A DNA stretch of 64,000 nucleotides from Chlamydiota bacterium (GTDB taxonomy: Bacteria; Chlamydiota; Chlamydiia; Chlamydiales; RGXB01): NCBI GenBank assembly GCA_947494155.1, contig CANLTW010000003.1:1-64000 (forward strand), given 5' to 3'. The notes below the pieces were generated by a model, which saw only the letters and a program-made list of their open reading frames with translations, did not search any database and had not been told where the DNA came from. Positions 9,751-19,064 of the stretch are shown piece after piece (within the stretch, counting starts at the first letter, position 1; the number at the start of each line of letters is the position of its first letter). Position numbers and translations under genes: made by a program.

Positions 9751-10407
9751 ATGCTGAAACTTGTCCAGGGAATCCTAGAGTTTAGAAAACTCCACTTAGC
9801 CGATTATAGGGACCGTTTTAGCCATCTTGCGATGGGGCAAACCCCCGATTCACTCTTTATCACCTGCTCGGATAGCCGCGTAGTTCCCAATCTTTTTACC
9901 TCCACTCATCCTGGGCATCTTTTTGTATTACGAAATGCAGGGAATATCATCCCCCCCTCATCAGTGCTCTCCTCAGAGCGGGCAAGTATCGAATTTGCTG
10001 TCAGCCAGCTACCCATTCAGAACATCATCGTTTGTGGCCATAGCAACTGCGGCGCAATGCATGCCCTCATGCAGGGAAAAGAGAAACTCCCCGAAAGCTT
10101 ACAATACTGGCTCTCCTTTGGCCAAGAACCTCACCAATGCGAATCGGTGGAAAGACTCGCTAAAGAAAACGTTTTGAAGCAGATCGAGCATCTCAAAACC
10201 TATGCTGTGATCAAAGAAAAAATGGAAATGGGTCTTTTGAAGCTATGGGGATGGTATTTTGATGTCGGAACAGGTGATGTTTTCGCCTACGAGGAGGAGG
10301 TGCAAAGCTTTCTTTTGGTCGATTCTGTTGAGGGTGAATATATTTTATCAAGACTCAAAACTCTTGATGAAAAGCACAAACACTTAGAACTGAAAAAGAA
10401 TTCTTAA
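9751..10407 (+). CDS. Beta-class carbonic anhydrase
   Basis: Zn-binding motifs CSDSRV and HSNCG, plus RNAGN and SIEFAV. Confidence 0.93.
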   Translation: MLKLVQGILEFRKLHLADYRDRFSHLAMGQTPDSLFITCSDSRVVPNLFTSTHPGHLFVLRNAGNIIPPSSVLSSERASIEFAVSQLPIQNIIVCGHSNCGAMHALMQGKEKLPESLQYWLSFGQEPHQCESVERLAKENVLKQIEHLKTYAVIKEKMEMGLLKLWGWYFDVGTGDVFAYEEEVQSFLLVDSVEGEYILSRLKTLDEKHKHLELKKNS

Positions 10408-10427
10408 AACAGATAGAAGCACCCCAT

Positions 10428-10988
10428 ATGGAAATCTCCCAATCTATTCCCCCTTTAAAACGTCCTACTTCTTTTGAACAGGGCTCTAAGCCTTTTGCAT
10501 TGGAGGAGGAAAAAGAGCCTTTCGGAATCACAGTGCCGCTCCCTTCCCCTTTTTCACCCCATTTTATTTTTGCTGATCCCCAAAAAGGGATCGAGAAGGC
10601 AACTCTGTCCTTTTTAAGTCTGGCACAAAAGGAGGTTTTGAAAGGGTTTGCACTATTAAAAAAAGAGGGGATGGAGATCACAAACTTCTCCTTGGATTTC
10701 CCTTTTAAAGACCGTCAGGAGGAGATCTTTTTTGAAGTGCGCTACTTTGACACGGCAAGGATGGAGATCCAACTCGAAATACAAGGGGGGCAACAGGCTC
10801 TGGAGAACCTGGTCCCCTTTCTCCCCGGACTTTACCAGCAGATTTTAGCGATGGTCTACCCTTATGAGTTACGACTGATTCTCCCTAAGTCGATTGTGCA
10901 GCACCCTGAGCACTCGGTTAAAATAAAAAATCTTTGCAAACAACACGAAAGCGTGTATGGTGTGAATGAAGATGAGCAAGCACCCTAA
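10428..10988 (+). CDS. Hypothetical protein resembling the CdsP C-terminal domain
   Basis: VRYFDTARMEIQLEIQGGQQALENL aligns by eye with CdsP IEHFDTAPHAFNITLYASVEGQKLL. Confidence 0.6.
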   Translation: MEISQSIPPLKRPTSFEQGSKPFALEEEKEPFGITVPLPSPFSPHFIFADPQKGIEKATLSFLSLAQKEVLKGFALLKKEGMEITNFSLDFPFKDRQEEIFFEVRYFDTARMEIQLEIQGGQQALENLVPFLPGLYQQILAMVYPYELRLILPKSIVQHPEHSVKIKNLCKQHESVYGVNEDEQAP

Positions 10989-12156
10989 TTGGATCCAAAA
11001 ACTCCGTTTCCTTTTGCCGGAAGATTTGAGAGAATCCCCATTTGGTGATATTCCAAAATTGCCTATCGATCAACTAGAACCGATTCTCCAAAAACATCTT
11101 CATGCCCCCCAGACCCGTTTAAAGGTGGAATCCATCTCCACGATGGATCTTCAAGCCGTGTACAACGACCTTGGTCCAGAACCTTTTGTGCAAGCGATCC
11201 ACGTTGAGCCCCTAAAAGCCCCGATTTTTCTTCTATATAGAGCGCAAGATGTGGAGAAAGGGCACCTTTTCCTCACAAAAGGGAAACTCCCTAGCACCAC
11301 AGATGTTTTTAAAGGAGTAGTGAAATTTTTATCCCTTAAAGGGGTTGCCGCAATTGATGAGCTGCACCTTTTTAAAGGTTTGTCGATGACGCTTACTACC
11401 GCTTTTCCACAAGAGGGGCTTTTTGAGGTTTTTGATTTAACCCTTGAAATACCAGGGCTAACACTCTCCGTACGCCTGCTTGTTCCCACAAAAACCCTTG
11501 CTAAGATTAAAGAACACTACCACAAACATCCTGTCGAAAAAGCTCCCCCTGTCGCCTTATTGGATCTTCCGTTACATCTGGAATTAGGGACAATACAACT
11601 CAGTAAAAAAGAGATCAAAGGGCTGGAAAAGCTTGATTTGGTTCTCCTGGAGGGCATCTCGGCGACCGTTCTCGATGATGAATTTGTGGTGCATATCTGT
11701 TATAAAAACACCCCCTTGTTAAGTGCAGTGCTGAAAGAATCTCATCTAAAGCAATTCACGCCGCTATCTACAAAACCTCAGGAGAAGTTTATGTCCTCTA
11801 GAGATGACTTTGATGAAAAAGAATTTTCCGACTTTGAGGAGGATTTTTCCCCTCATGACGAAGACGAAAACGATAGGCTTGGCGAAGGCGAAGAGGAGCT
11901 CGAACCTCAAAGAACTTCTCATAAAAAAGAGCACGCTCCTAAAAGTGTCGTTTTAGAGGAGGTGGGGCTTGATTGTAAAATTGAGCTAGGCTCTATCACT
12001 GTCCCGTACCAAACTCTTGCCGATCTCACACCTCAAAGTGTTCTCAAAGTCGAACTTGATCCTAAAAAAGTCTACCTTACTTTCCAGGGACAAATTCTTC
12101 GCCGCGGAGAAATTGTCGAATTTGATCAACAACTTTTCTTCAAAGTTTTGGAATAG
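10966..12156 (+). CDS. cdsQ: T3SS C-ring / sorting platform protein SctQ/CdsQ
   Basis: Two SPOA-like segments (LPLHLELG; CKIELG...RGEIVEF) separated by an acidic linker, upstream of pkn5. Confidence 0.85.
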   Translation: MKMSKHPNWIQKLRFLLPEDLRESPFGDIPKLPIDQLEPILQKHLHAPQTRLKVESISTMDLQAVYNDLGPEPFVQAIHVEPLKAPIFLLYRAQDVEKGHLFLTKGKLPSTTDVFKGVVKFLSLKGVAAIDELHLFKGLSMTLTTAFPQEGLFEVFDLTLEIPGLTLSVRLLVPTKTLAKIKEHYHKHPVEKAPPVALLDLPLHLELGTIQLSKKEIKGLEKLDLVLLEGISATVLDDEFVVHICYKNTPLLSAVLKESHLKQFTPLSTKPQEKFMSSRDDFDEKEFSDFEEDFSPHDEDENDRLGEGEEELEPQRTSHKKEHAPKSVVLEEVGLDCKIELGSITVPYQTLADLTPQSVLKVELDPKKVYLTFQGQILRRGEIVEFDQQLFFKVLE

Positions 12157-13641
12157 ATGGCCCAATTTTATCACGAGCCTACAGTCCCTTTATATGTTGC
12201 TTCGGTCAATACTGACCTTCCTGTAAAAATTGGACCCTTTAGGATCGAAAAGCTTTTGACCACAGGAGCCCTTTCTCGCCTTTACTTGGGGATACACGAG
12301 AGTAGCCGCCAACTTGCAGTACTGAAAGTTTTGAGTTATGACATCCTTAAGGATTCGTCGCGCAAAAAGATATTCCTTAAAGAGGGTTCGATCCTAAAAA
12401 ATCTGCAACATCCAAATATCGTCCACTACCTAGAGGAGGGAGAGTTTGAAGAGGGACTCTACATCGCTGTCGAATTTGTCCAAGGGATCTCTTTAAAACA
12501 GTTTATTTTACAACGCTCGCTCTCTTTAAAAAGATCGATTGAGGTGATCACAAAAACGCTGTACGCCCTACTGTATCTCCATTCAGTAGGGATCGTACAC
12601 AGAGATCTCAAACCAGAAAATATTCTCATTACCGAAAACTCCGAGGTCAAGTTAGTCGATTTCGGTATCGCAGCGTCTCAGGAGGAATTGATCGAAGGCC
12701 CTCTCTATGGGACCCCCTCATACATGCCTCCAAACGAAAAAACCGGGATAAAAAAAGTCGACTTCCGCACAGATATTTATGCTGTAGGAGTCATTTTCTA
12801 CGAGTTAATTTTGGGTAAAGTCTCTTTTGGAAGGGTGAATCTGGACTTGGTTCCCAAAAATCTACGCCCCCTTGTTAAAAAAGCTACCGAACAGGATCCT
12901 CTTAAACGGTACCAAGATGTGATGGAGATGATTCTAGATCTTTCGGTTTATCTGAAAGAGAATCTTATTTCAAAAGATGAAAGTTCAGAGGATACCCTCA
13001 AGGATCTTTTGGAGAGTATTGAAAAGAGTAAACAGTCGTTGATTCTCCCCGTTCCGGAGATGTTGATGGATCTTTCTATCGATGTAGTGGTTTCATCCCA
13101 TCCTAAACAATTTACCTATGCCCTTCTACACCATACCTTACCCGACGGCTCCTACATAGGGCTTATGGCCTCTTGTCCTGCAAATGACATGCATCACCTT
13201 TTAGAACTCAAAACAATTATCGAGAGAGCAAAGCTCCTTTTAGAATGGATGACAACAAAAAATGAATTTTCCCTGTCCCAATTTTTAGAAAGGTTAGAAA
13301 AAGGGATTCACCACATATGCCACCTGCAGCTACTTCATGCCAGCACAACGGCCAACCTTTTTCACCTGTTTTCTTACGGCAATACTACACTCGCCCACCA
13401 CTCGTTTGCGGCAAAAACACCCCGTTATCTTGAAGCTGGCGGCCGTTTCTTTGGTGAAGGGGGCCCTTTACCAAATCCCATACAGGATCGCCTAGACTCT
13501 TTGGATACACTCATTCTCGGTATCGATGGCACTAAATTAGCCGTTGACCCTTTATTTAAAGAAAGCTTTGACAAGTCTTTTTTTCAGAACCAGGTGCTAG
13601 GGGAGTGTCCAGCTGCCCTGGTGATACAAAGAATCGACTAA
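12157..13641 (+). CDS. pkn5: Ser/Thr protein kinase Pkn5-like
   Basis: AVLKV, HRDLKPEN, DFG, GTPSY and DIYAVG motifs. Lies between cdsQ and cdsC as CT673 does. Confidence 0.88.
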   Translation: MAQFYHEPTVPLYVASVNTDLPVKIGPFRIEKLLTTGALSRLYLGIHESSRQLAVLKVLSYDILKDSSRKKIFLKEGSILKNLQHPNIVHYLEEGEFEEGLYIAVEFVQGISLKQFILQRSLSLKRSIEVITKTLYALLYLHSVGIVHRDLKPENILITENSEVKLVDFGIAASQEELIEGPLYGTPSYMPPNEKTGIKKVDFRTDIYAVGVIFYELILGKVSFGRVNLDLVPKNLRPLVKKATEQDPLKRYQDVMEMILDLSVYLKENLISKDESSEDTLKDLLESIEKSKQSLILPVPEMLMDLSIDVVVSSHPKQFTYALLHHTLPDGSYIGLMASCPANDMHHLLELKTIIERAKLLLEWMTTKNEFSLSQFLERLEKGIHHICHLQLLHASTTANLFHLFSYGNTTLAHHSFAAKTPRYLEAGGRFFGEGGPLPNPIQDRLDSLDTLILGIDGTKLAVDPLFKESFDKSFFQNQVLGECPAALVIQRID

Positions 13642-13790
13642 AATTCCAATACGCCCCATCCCTAAGGATCTTTATTTGTTTTTAACAACTCCCCTCTTTA
13701 TACTAGCAGTAGTTTTAAACCCCTTTTGAGAGTGCTCTCCTCTTATTTTCTAAAAAGAGCCCCTCATCCACAAAATACGCATAATACATC

Positions 13791-14504
13791 GTGAATAGTA
13801 TGATATTTATTTTTTTAATTTTCTTTTCCCTTTTTTCCTCTTGTCCCAGTGACCCCCAGCTCCCCTCTGACCAAATCAGAGTTATTGTTTTCGATTTTGG
13901 AGAGGTTATGGTGAAAAAAAACTTTGACCCCCTAGCCCAGTTTTTAGCTACAGAGCTGGATATCACGTTTGAACAGGGGAAAGCTATTTTAGTAGAAAGG
14001 GAGGAGGCGCTGTTACGCTCCGAGTCAGAAAAACTTTTTTTCAAAAACGTTTTCCATAATTTTGGAAAAGAGGTCCCTCTGCAATTTTATAAAAAATTTA
14101 GAAAAAAAATGGTGGACTGCATTTTTTTTGACAAAAAGGTCGTTGAAATTATTGAGAATCTTAAAGAGCAAAATAGAAGGGTGATCCTTTTTTCCAACAC
14201 CGAAAAGCACAAAGCGGATATTTATAGAGAATTGGGCTACTACGCCCCTTTTGATCAACTAGTTTTGTCCTACGAAATAGGGATGAGAAAACCCCAAAAA
14301 GCCGCCTACGATTATGTGGAGAAGCAGGCCCACTTTTTACCGCATGAGGCCCTATTTATTGATAATAAAATAGAAAATGTCCTCCAGGCCAAGAAAAATC
14401 ATTGGAATGCTCTGCTATTTTCGAGTCCAGAGCAGCTTAAAAAAGATTTAGAGGAGCTTGGATTTTGTTTTGACCAAGATTTTACACAAAAAAGGGGAGA
14501 ATAG
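13791..14504 (+). CDS. HAD-superfamily hydrolase with possible lipoprotein signal
   Basis: VIVFDFGEV, FSNT, GMRKP and FIDN motifs. The hydrophobic N-terminus ends in FSSC. Confidence 0.85.
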   Translation: MNSMIFIFLIFFSLFSSCPSDPQLPSDQIRVIVFDFGEVMVKKNFDPLAQFLATELDITFEQGKAILVEREEALLRSESEKLFFKNVFHNFGKEVPLQFYKKFRKKMVDCIFFDKKVVEIIENLKEQNRRVILFSNTEKHKADIYRELGYYAPFDQLVLSYEIGMRKPQKAAYDYVEKQAHFLPHEALFIDNKIENVLQAKKNHWNALLFSSPEQLKKDLEELGFCFDQDFTQKRGE

Positions 14505-14615
14505 CAGCTTATCTATTTTGTTTTTTTTCCTTTTTTTAATGCCCATTTGATGGTTACGAACATTTTCTAAAGAGCTCTATTGCAATAATTAAGAGTTTTT
14601 TTTATGTAGGGGGAT

Positions 14616-17600
14616 ATGGTGCCGGCCTTTAAAAAATGTATACTCTTCTATTGCATTGCAGCGTCGATCATCCCCTATGGACTCGACGCCTGGGGTCGCC
14701 CTAAGCAAAAAATTTCGCGCGAGTCGCGCTATAAAATCAACTTCAAGCAGGTCAAAGCAGAAGAGTTTTTACAATTCTTAAGCGAAATCGCCGGTCTGAA
14801 TTTCGTGTACAACCCTTCCGACCTTAATTTCTTCATAAATTTGGTTTCGGATGAAGAGATGACGATTGAGACTATCGTTTCGGGATTTGTACAAACCTTA
14901 AGGATTCAGGGCTTCAATTTACTTGAAGAGAACGGTACTCTCATTATCCATCGAAGCCAAGACATCAAAGAGATGCCTATGCTTTTGAACTCAGAGACAG
15001 TCAAAGGGGAATCTGTCCCCCCTATTGTGACAAAAATCTACCAAGTCAAAAACAGTCCGGTAGAGGTTATTTCCTCTTTGATTCAACCCTTCTTATCCAC
15101 CACAAGTGTGATTGAGGTCTTTAACGAGAGAAGGCTTTTGATTATCTCTGATGTGGTACAAAATATTCTGTCGATTGACTCTTTGGTCAAGGCCATTGAC
15201 CAACCCGAAACGGGGGCTGTAAATATCATCTATGACACCCAATATTTTCAACCGAGCGAGTTGGTGTCTATTGCTTCTCCAATTCTGGACACTCTTTGCG
15301 GCGGAAAAAGCTATTCCCTATTACCACAAGACGCAACTCAACGTGTATACATTGTAGGCAGCTCCGAGCTTGCAGATAAAGCGCTTGAGGTCTTTCAACA
15401 AATAGAGGAAAAAGCCTCCAAACAACAAATCTCGATCACCACTGGCAATATTCTTTTGTATAGAGCTCAAAACCGCTCCATTCAATCGATTGCTATCGCC
15501 TTAAGGACTATTGCTAAAGACTCGAAAAGAAGTGATTACAACTCCTCTAGTTTTTCTAAAATGGTGGATGAAGCTAATCTTATTGCACCCGATATGCTCC
15601 TATTTATTGGAGAGCCTGTCCAAATCAGCAAGATTTCGAACCTCATTAAAACCATTGACACCCCGCAACAGGTAAAATCAGACCTCACTTTCTCGATCAT
15701 CAAATTACAACATGCCTCAGGTAAGACAGTACTCGAAAATATCCGCTCTATGGGAAAAGATATTCCAGAGGATGATGCAAATGAGGACTTTATTTTAGCA
15801 CTGGAAAGCTTGCGTTGGAATAAAGATACTAACTCCATTGTAGTACAAGGCTCACCTCATGTGATCGAGGAGATCACTAGTCTTATCAATAAAATTGACA
15901 AACCTGTTGGATCCACGGCCGACTTTTCCATCATTAAGCTGCAAAACGTATCGGGTAAATTCGTGTTAGATCAACTCAACCAAATGACGTCTCAACTTAC
16001 CGATTCAAGTGAAAACATGCCCTTCATCACGGCGGTGAGGGATTTGCAGTGGAATAAACTAAACAACACTATTACCGTTCGAGGCAACCCACAGATTATC
16101 CAACAACTTACCGATATCATCACCAAACTTGATATCCACACCGTATCTTCTACACAGTACATAATCTATAAACCTACAACCATGACCGCACCTGAGCTGC
16201 AAAAAATTCTTCAGGGGATTGCCCATGATTTGGAGAATGCAGGAACAGCAGATCCCAGCCTTATACAGTCCGTTAAAGGGATCAAAGTCATCAAAAACTC
16301 CAACTCGATTATTGTGAGCGGAAGCGAGGCCAATATCGGTAAAATACGGGAGATGATCACATCTGTCGACTCTCATATCCAAACCCCTGCAAAAACTGGC
16401 TTTTCCATCATCAAGCTGCAAAACGTATCGGGTAAATACGTGCTGGATCAACTCAAGCAAATGGCCTCTCAACTCCCCGATTCCACCGAAAATATGCCCT
16501 TTATTCAGGCGGCGAATGATGTGCAATGGAATAAAGACAACAACACTCTTACCATTCAGGGCAACCCACAGATTATCCAACAACTTACCGATATCATCAC
16601 CAAACTTGATATCCACACCGTATCTTCTACACAGTACATAATCTATAAACCTACAACCATGACCGCACCTGAGCTGCAAAAAATTCTTCAGGGGATTGCC
16701 CATGATTTGGAGAATGCAGGAACAGCAGATCCCAGCCTTATACAGTCCATTAAAGGGATCAAAGTCATCAAAAACTCCAACTCGATTATTGTGAGCGGAA
16801 GTGAGGCAAATATCCCTAAAATACGGGAGATGATTACATCTGTCGACTCTCATACCCAAACCCCTGCAAAAACTGGCTTTTCCATCATCAAACTGCAAAA
16901 CGTATCGGGTAAATACGTGCTGGATCAACTCAACCAAATGGCCTCTCAACTCCCCGATTCCACCGAAAATATGCCCTTTATTCAGGCGGTAAATGATGTG
17001 CAATGGAATAAAGCTAACAACACTCTTACCATTCAGGGCAACCCAGAGATCATTCAACAACTAACCGATATCATCACTAAACTTGATATCCACACTGTAT
17101 CTTCTACACAGTACATAATCTATAAACCTACAAACATGACCGCTCAGGAGCTACAAAAAATTCTTCAGGGGATTGCAAATGATCTGGAGAATGCAGGAAC
17201 AGCAGATCCCAGCCTTTTACAGACCATTAAAGGGATCAAAGTCATAAAAAACTCTAACTCGATTATAGTAAGCGGCAGCGAGGCCAATATCGCTAAAATA
17301 CGAGAGATGATTACAGCTGTCGATTCTCTTACCCAGTCCCCCTCCAAAATTTCACAAGTAGGAACCGCAACATTTTTAAGCTATGTACCAAAATCTAAAA
17401 CGGCAAAAGAGCTCTTAGCGCAACTTAAATCAACAACAAAAGATATCCGTGACGAGGATCCCGAGCTTGCAAAAACTATCGATCAGGCGAAAATTTCTGA
17501 GGGTACGATTGTATTCAGCGGCAGTGCGGAAAATCTAGAAAAAATCGAAAAGCTTTTAGACTCATTCGATCAAAAATTTCCGGGTTCTACGACGAAACAA

Positions 17601-19064
17601 GAGGCGGATAACTACCAAAATTACAAACCGGTTTACAAAACGGGGCCTGACTTGATCAAGGAAGTACAAGGGTACGTGGACCACATCTCCGATAACGGGG
17701 TCAATAATCGGGGGCTGATCAAATCTGCAGAAAACCTTAAATTTCTTAATGGCAGAATCGTTGTTGTGGGTACCCAAGAAAATGTGACGCAGATCCTTAA
17801 GCTTTTCCAGGAGTTTGATACCCCATCAGCAGATCTTTCCAAACCCTCCACAACAATTGAATCCTATGAAAATATCGGCTTTCTAAATTATAAACTGAAC
17901 TTTCATACCGGTTCTGATATCCAACTTGCGCTTAAGCAAATCGGTGAAGAGCTACAGCTCACCAAAAACACCAAGAACGAATCTCTGGTAAATGCTATTA
18001 GCTCGTTGCAGTGGATTCGTGTGACAAATTCCTTGGTTGCTACCGGCGATCCAACAACTTTGCAAAAACTCAAAGAGATTATCGCCTCTGTCGACATCCC
18101 TCTCAAACAGGTATTTATCGAGGTTCTTGTTATCGAGACCGATACTACAAACACCCTTGATGTGGGTCTTAGATGGGGTGGTTATTCTAACTTTAAAGGG
18201 AAATTTGCCGGTGTGGGTTCAAATTACCCGCGAGTCGATTCAACAGACGGCGTGACTTTTCAGGATACTGTCAAAGGGAGCTCGACAACTGCCGGTTCCT
18301 CGTCTTCAGGGGTAAACGCAGTTAACGGCCCCTCTCCAAACCTTTTCAATACCCTCTCAAGCGGTCAATTAGGGATTATTGGGGATATCATTTTTCACGG
18401 TGGAAAATCCTATCTAACTTTAAGCTCGCTATTAACAGCACTTCAAGAAGAGGCGCGCATCACGACTGTGCTGAATCAAAAAATTATGGCTCAAGACAGC
18501 CGCATGTCCCAAATTTTCGTTGGGCAAAACGTCCCTTTTACTGGCTCAATTATCACCACATCGGGGATTTCACAATCTACCAACGCTAACTTGGAGTATC
18601 GCAATATTGGTGTCTCACTAAATATTACCCCAAATATTGGTGACAATGGTATCATCACTTTAGAGATTGATGAAGAGATTACTGAGGAAGCGAATACTGG
18701 AACGGAGGGTGATGCGGTAAATACTCAAGCTGTTGCAGGGATTAGAACGAAGAAAAGCAGCATGCAGACTCGGGTCCATGTACCTGATAAAGCATTTGTA
18801 GTGCTCTCCGGTCAGATCCGTAATACGCAAACAAAAGCTAAATCCGGTCTACCTTGTTTAGGCGGTCTTCCCGTGATTGGAGCTGCTTTCAGCCAATCGT
18901 CCAGCAACGATGCGCTTTCCGATATAATCATCTTCATTCGACCCGAAATCATCCAAACCAGCGATCAATGGAAAGAAGTGAGTGAGCAACAAGAAGATAT
19001 CGTTCGTGAACAAGGAAATCCCGAGGCATTTGATCGAGCCGTCGATCTTGTCAAAAGGGATTAA
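14616..19064 (+). CDS. cdsC: T3SS outer-membrane secretin SctC/CdsC, greatly expanded (1482 aa)
   Basis: Signal peptide, N0 domain, many N1/N3-type repeats and a secretin core (KQVFIEVLVIET, IFVGQNVPF, GLPCLGGLPVIGAAF, IIFIRPEII). Confidence 0.93.
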   Translation: MVPAFKKCILFYCIAASIIPYGLDAWGRPKQKISRESRYKINFKQVKAEEFLQFLSEIAGLNFVYNPSDLNFFINLVSDEEMTIETIVSGFVQTLRIQGFNLLEENGTLIIHRSQDIKEMPMLLNSETVKGESVPPIVTKIYQVKNSPVEVISSLIQPFLSTTSVIEVFNERRLLIISDVVQNILSIDSLVKAIDQPETGAVNIIYDTQYFQPSELVSIASPILDTLCGGKSYSLLPQDATQRVYIVGSSELADKALEVFQQIEEKASKQQISITTGNILLYRAQNRSIQSIAIALRTIAKDSKRSDYNSSSFSKMVDEANLIAPDMLLFIGEPVQISKISNLIKTIDTPQQVKSDLTFSIIKLQHASGKTVLENIRSMGKDIPEDDANEDFILALESLRWNKDTNSIVVQGSPHVIEEITSLINKIDKPVGSTADFSIIKLQNVSGKFVLDQLNQMTSQLTDSSENMPFITAVRDLQWNKLNNTITVRGNPQIIQQLTDIITKLDIHTVSSTQYIIYKPTTMTAPELQKILQGIAHDLENAGTADPSLIQSVKGIKVIKNSNSIIVSGSEANIGKIREMITSVDSHIQTPAKTGFSIIKLQNVSGKYVLDQLKQMASQLPDSTENMPFIQAANDVQWNKDNNTLTIQGNPQIIQQLTDIITKLDIHTVSSTQYIIYKPTTMTAPELQKILQGIAHDLENAGTADPSLIQSIKGIKVIKNSNSIIVSGSEANIPKIREMITSVDSHTQTPAKTGFSIIKLQNVSGKYVLDQLNQMASQLPDSTENMPFIQAVNDVQWNKANNTLTIQGNPEIIQQLTDIITKLDIHTVSSTQYIIYKPTNMTAQELQKILQGIANDLENAGTADPSLLQTIKGIKVIKNSNSIIVSGSEANIAKIREMITAVDSLTQSPSKISQVGTATFLSYVPKSKTAKELLAQLKSTTKDIRDEDPELAKTIDQAKISEGTIVFSGSAENLEKIEKLLDSFDQKFPGSTTKQEADNYQNYKPVYKTGPDLIKEVQGYVDHISDNGVNNRGLIKSAENLKFLNGRIVVVGTQENVTQILKLFQEFDTPSADLSKPSTTIESYENIGFLNYKLNFHTGSDIQLALKQIGEELQLTKNTKNESLVNAISSLQWIRVTNSLVATGDPTTLQKLKEIIASVDIPLKQVFIEVLVIETDTTNTLDVGLRWGGYSNFKGKFAGVGSNYPRVDSTDGVTFQDTVKGSSTTAGSSSSGVNAVNGPSPNLFNTLSSGQLGIIGDIIFHGGKSYLTLSSLLTALQEEARITTVLNQKIMAQDSRMSQIFVGQNVPFTGSIITTSGISQSTNANLEYRNIGVSLNITPNIGDNGIITLEIDEEITEEANTGTEGDAVNTQAVAGIRTKKSSMQTRVHVPDKAFVVLSGQIRNTQTKAKSGLPCLGGLPVIGAAFSQSSSNDALSDIIIFIRPEIIQTSDQWKEVSEQQEDIVREQGNPEAFDRAVDLVKRD
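15924..17345 (+). repeat. In-frame 477-bp (159-aa) tandem repeat, three copies, inside cdsC
   Basis: ttttccatcat..gcaaaacgtatcgggtaaat begins at 15924, 16401 and 16878. Confidence 0.97.

Noticed and set aside
16059..17060. 333-aa antisense ORF with internal repeats
   Set aside because: Shadow of the cdsC repeat. A stop-free antisense frame is simply copied by the duplication.
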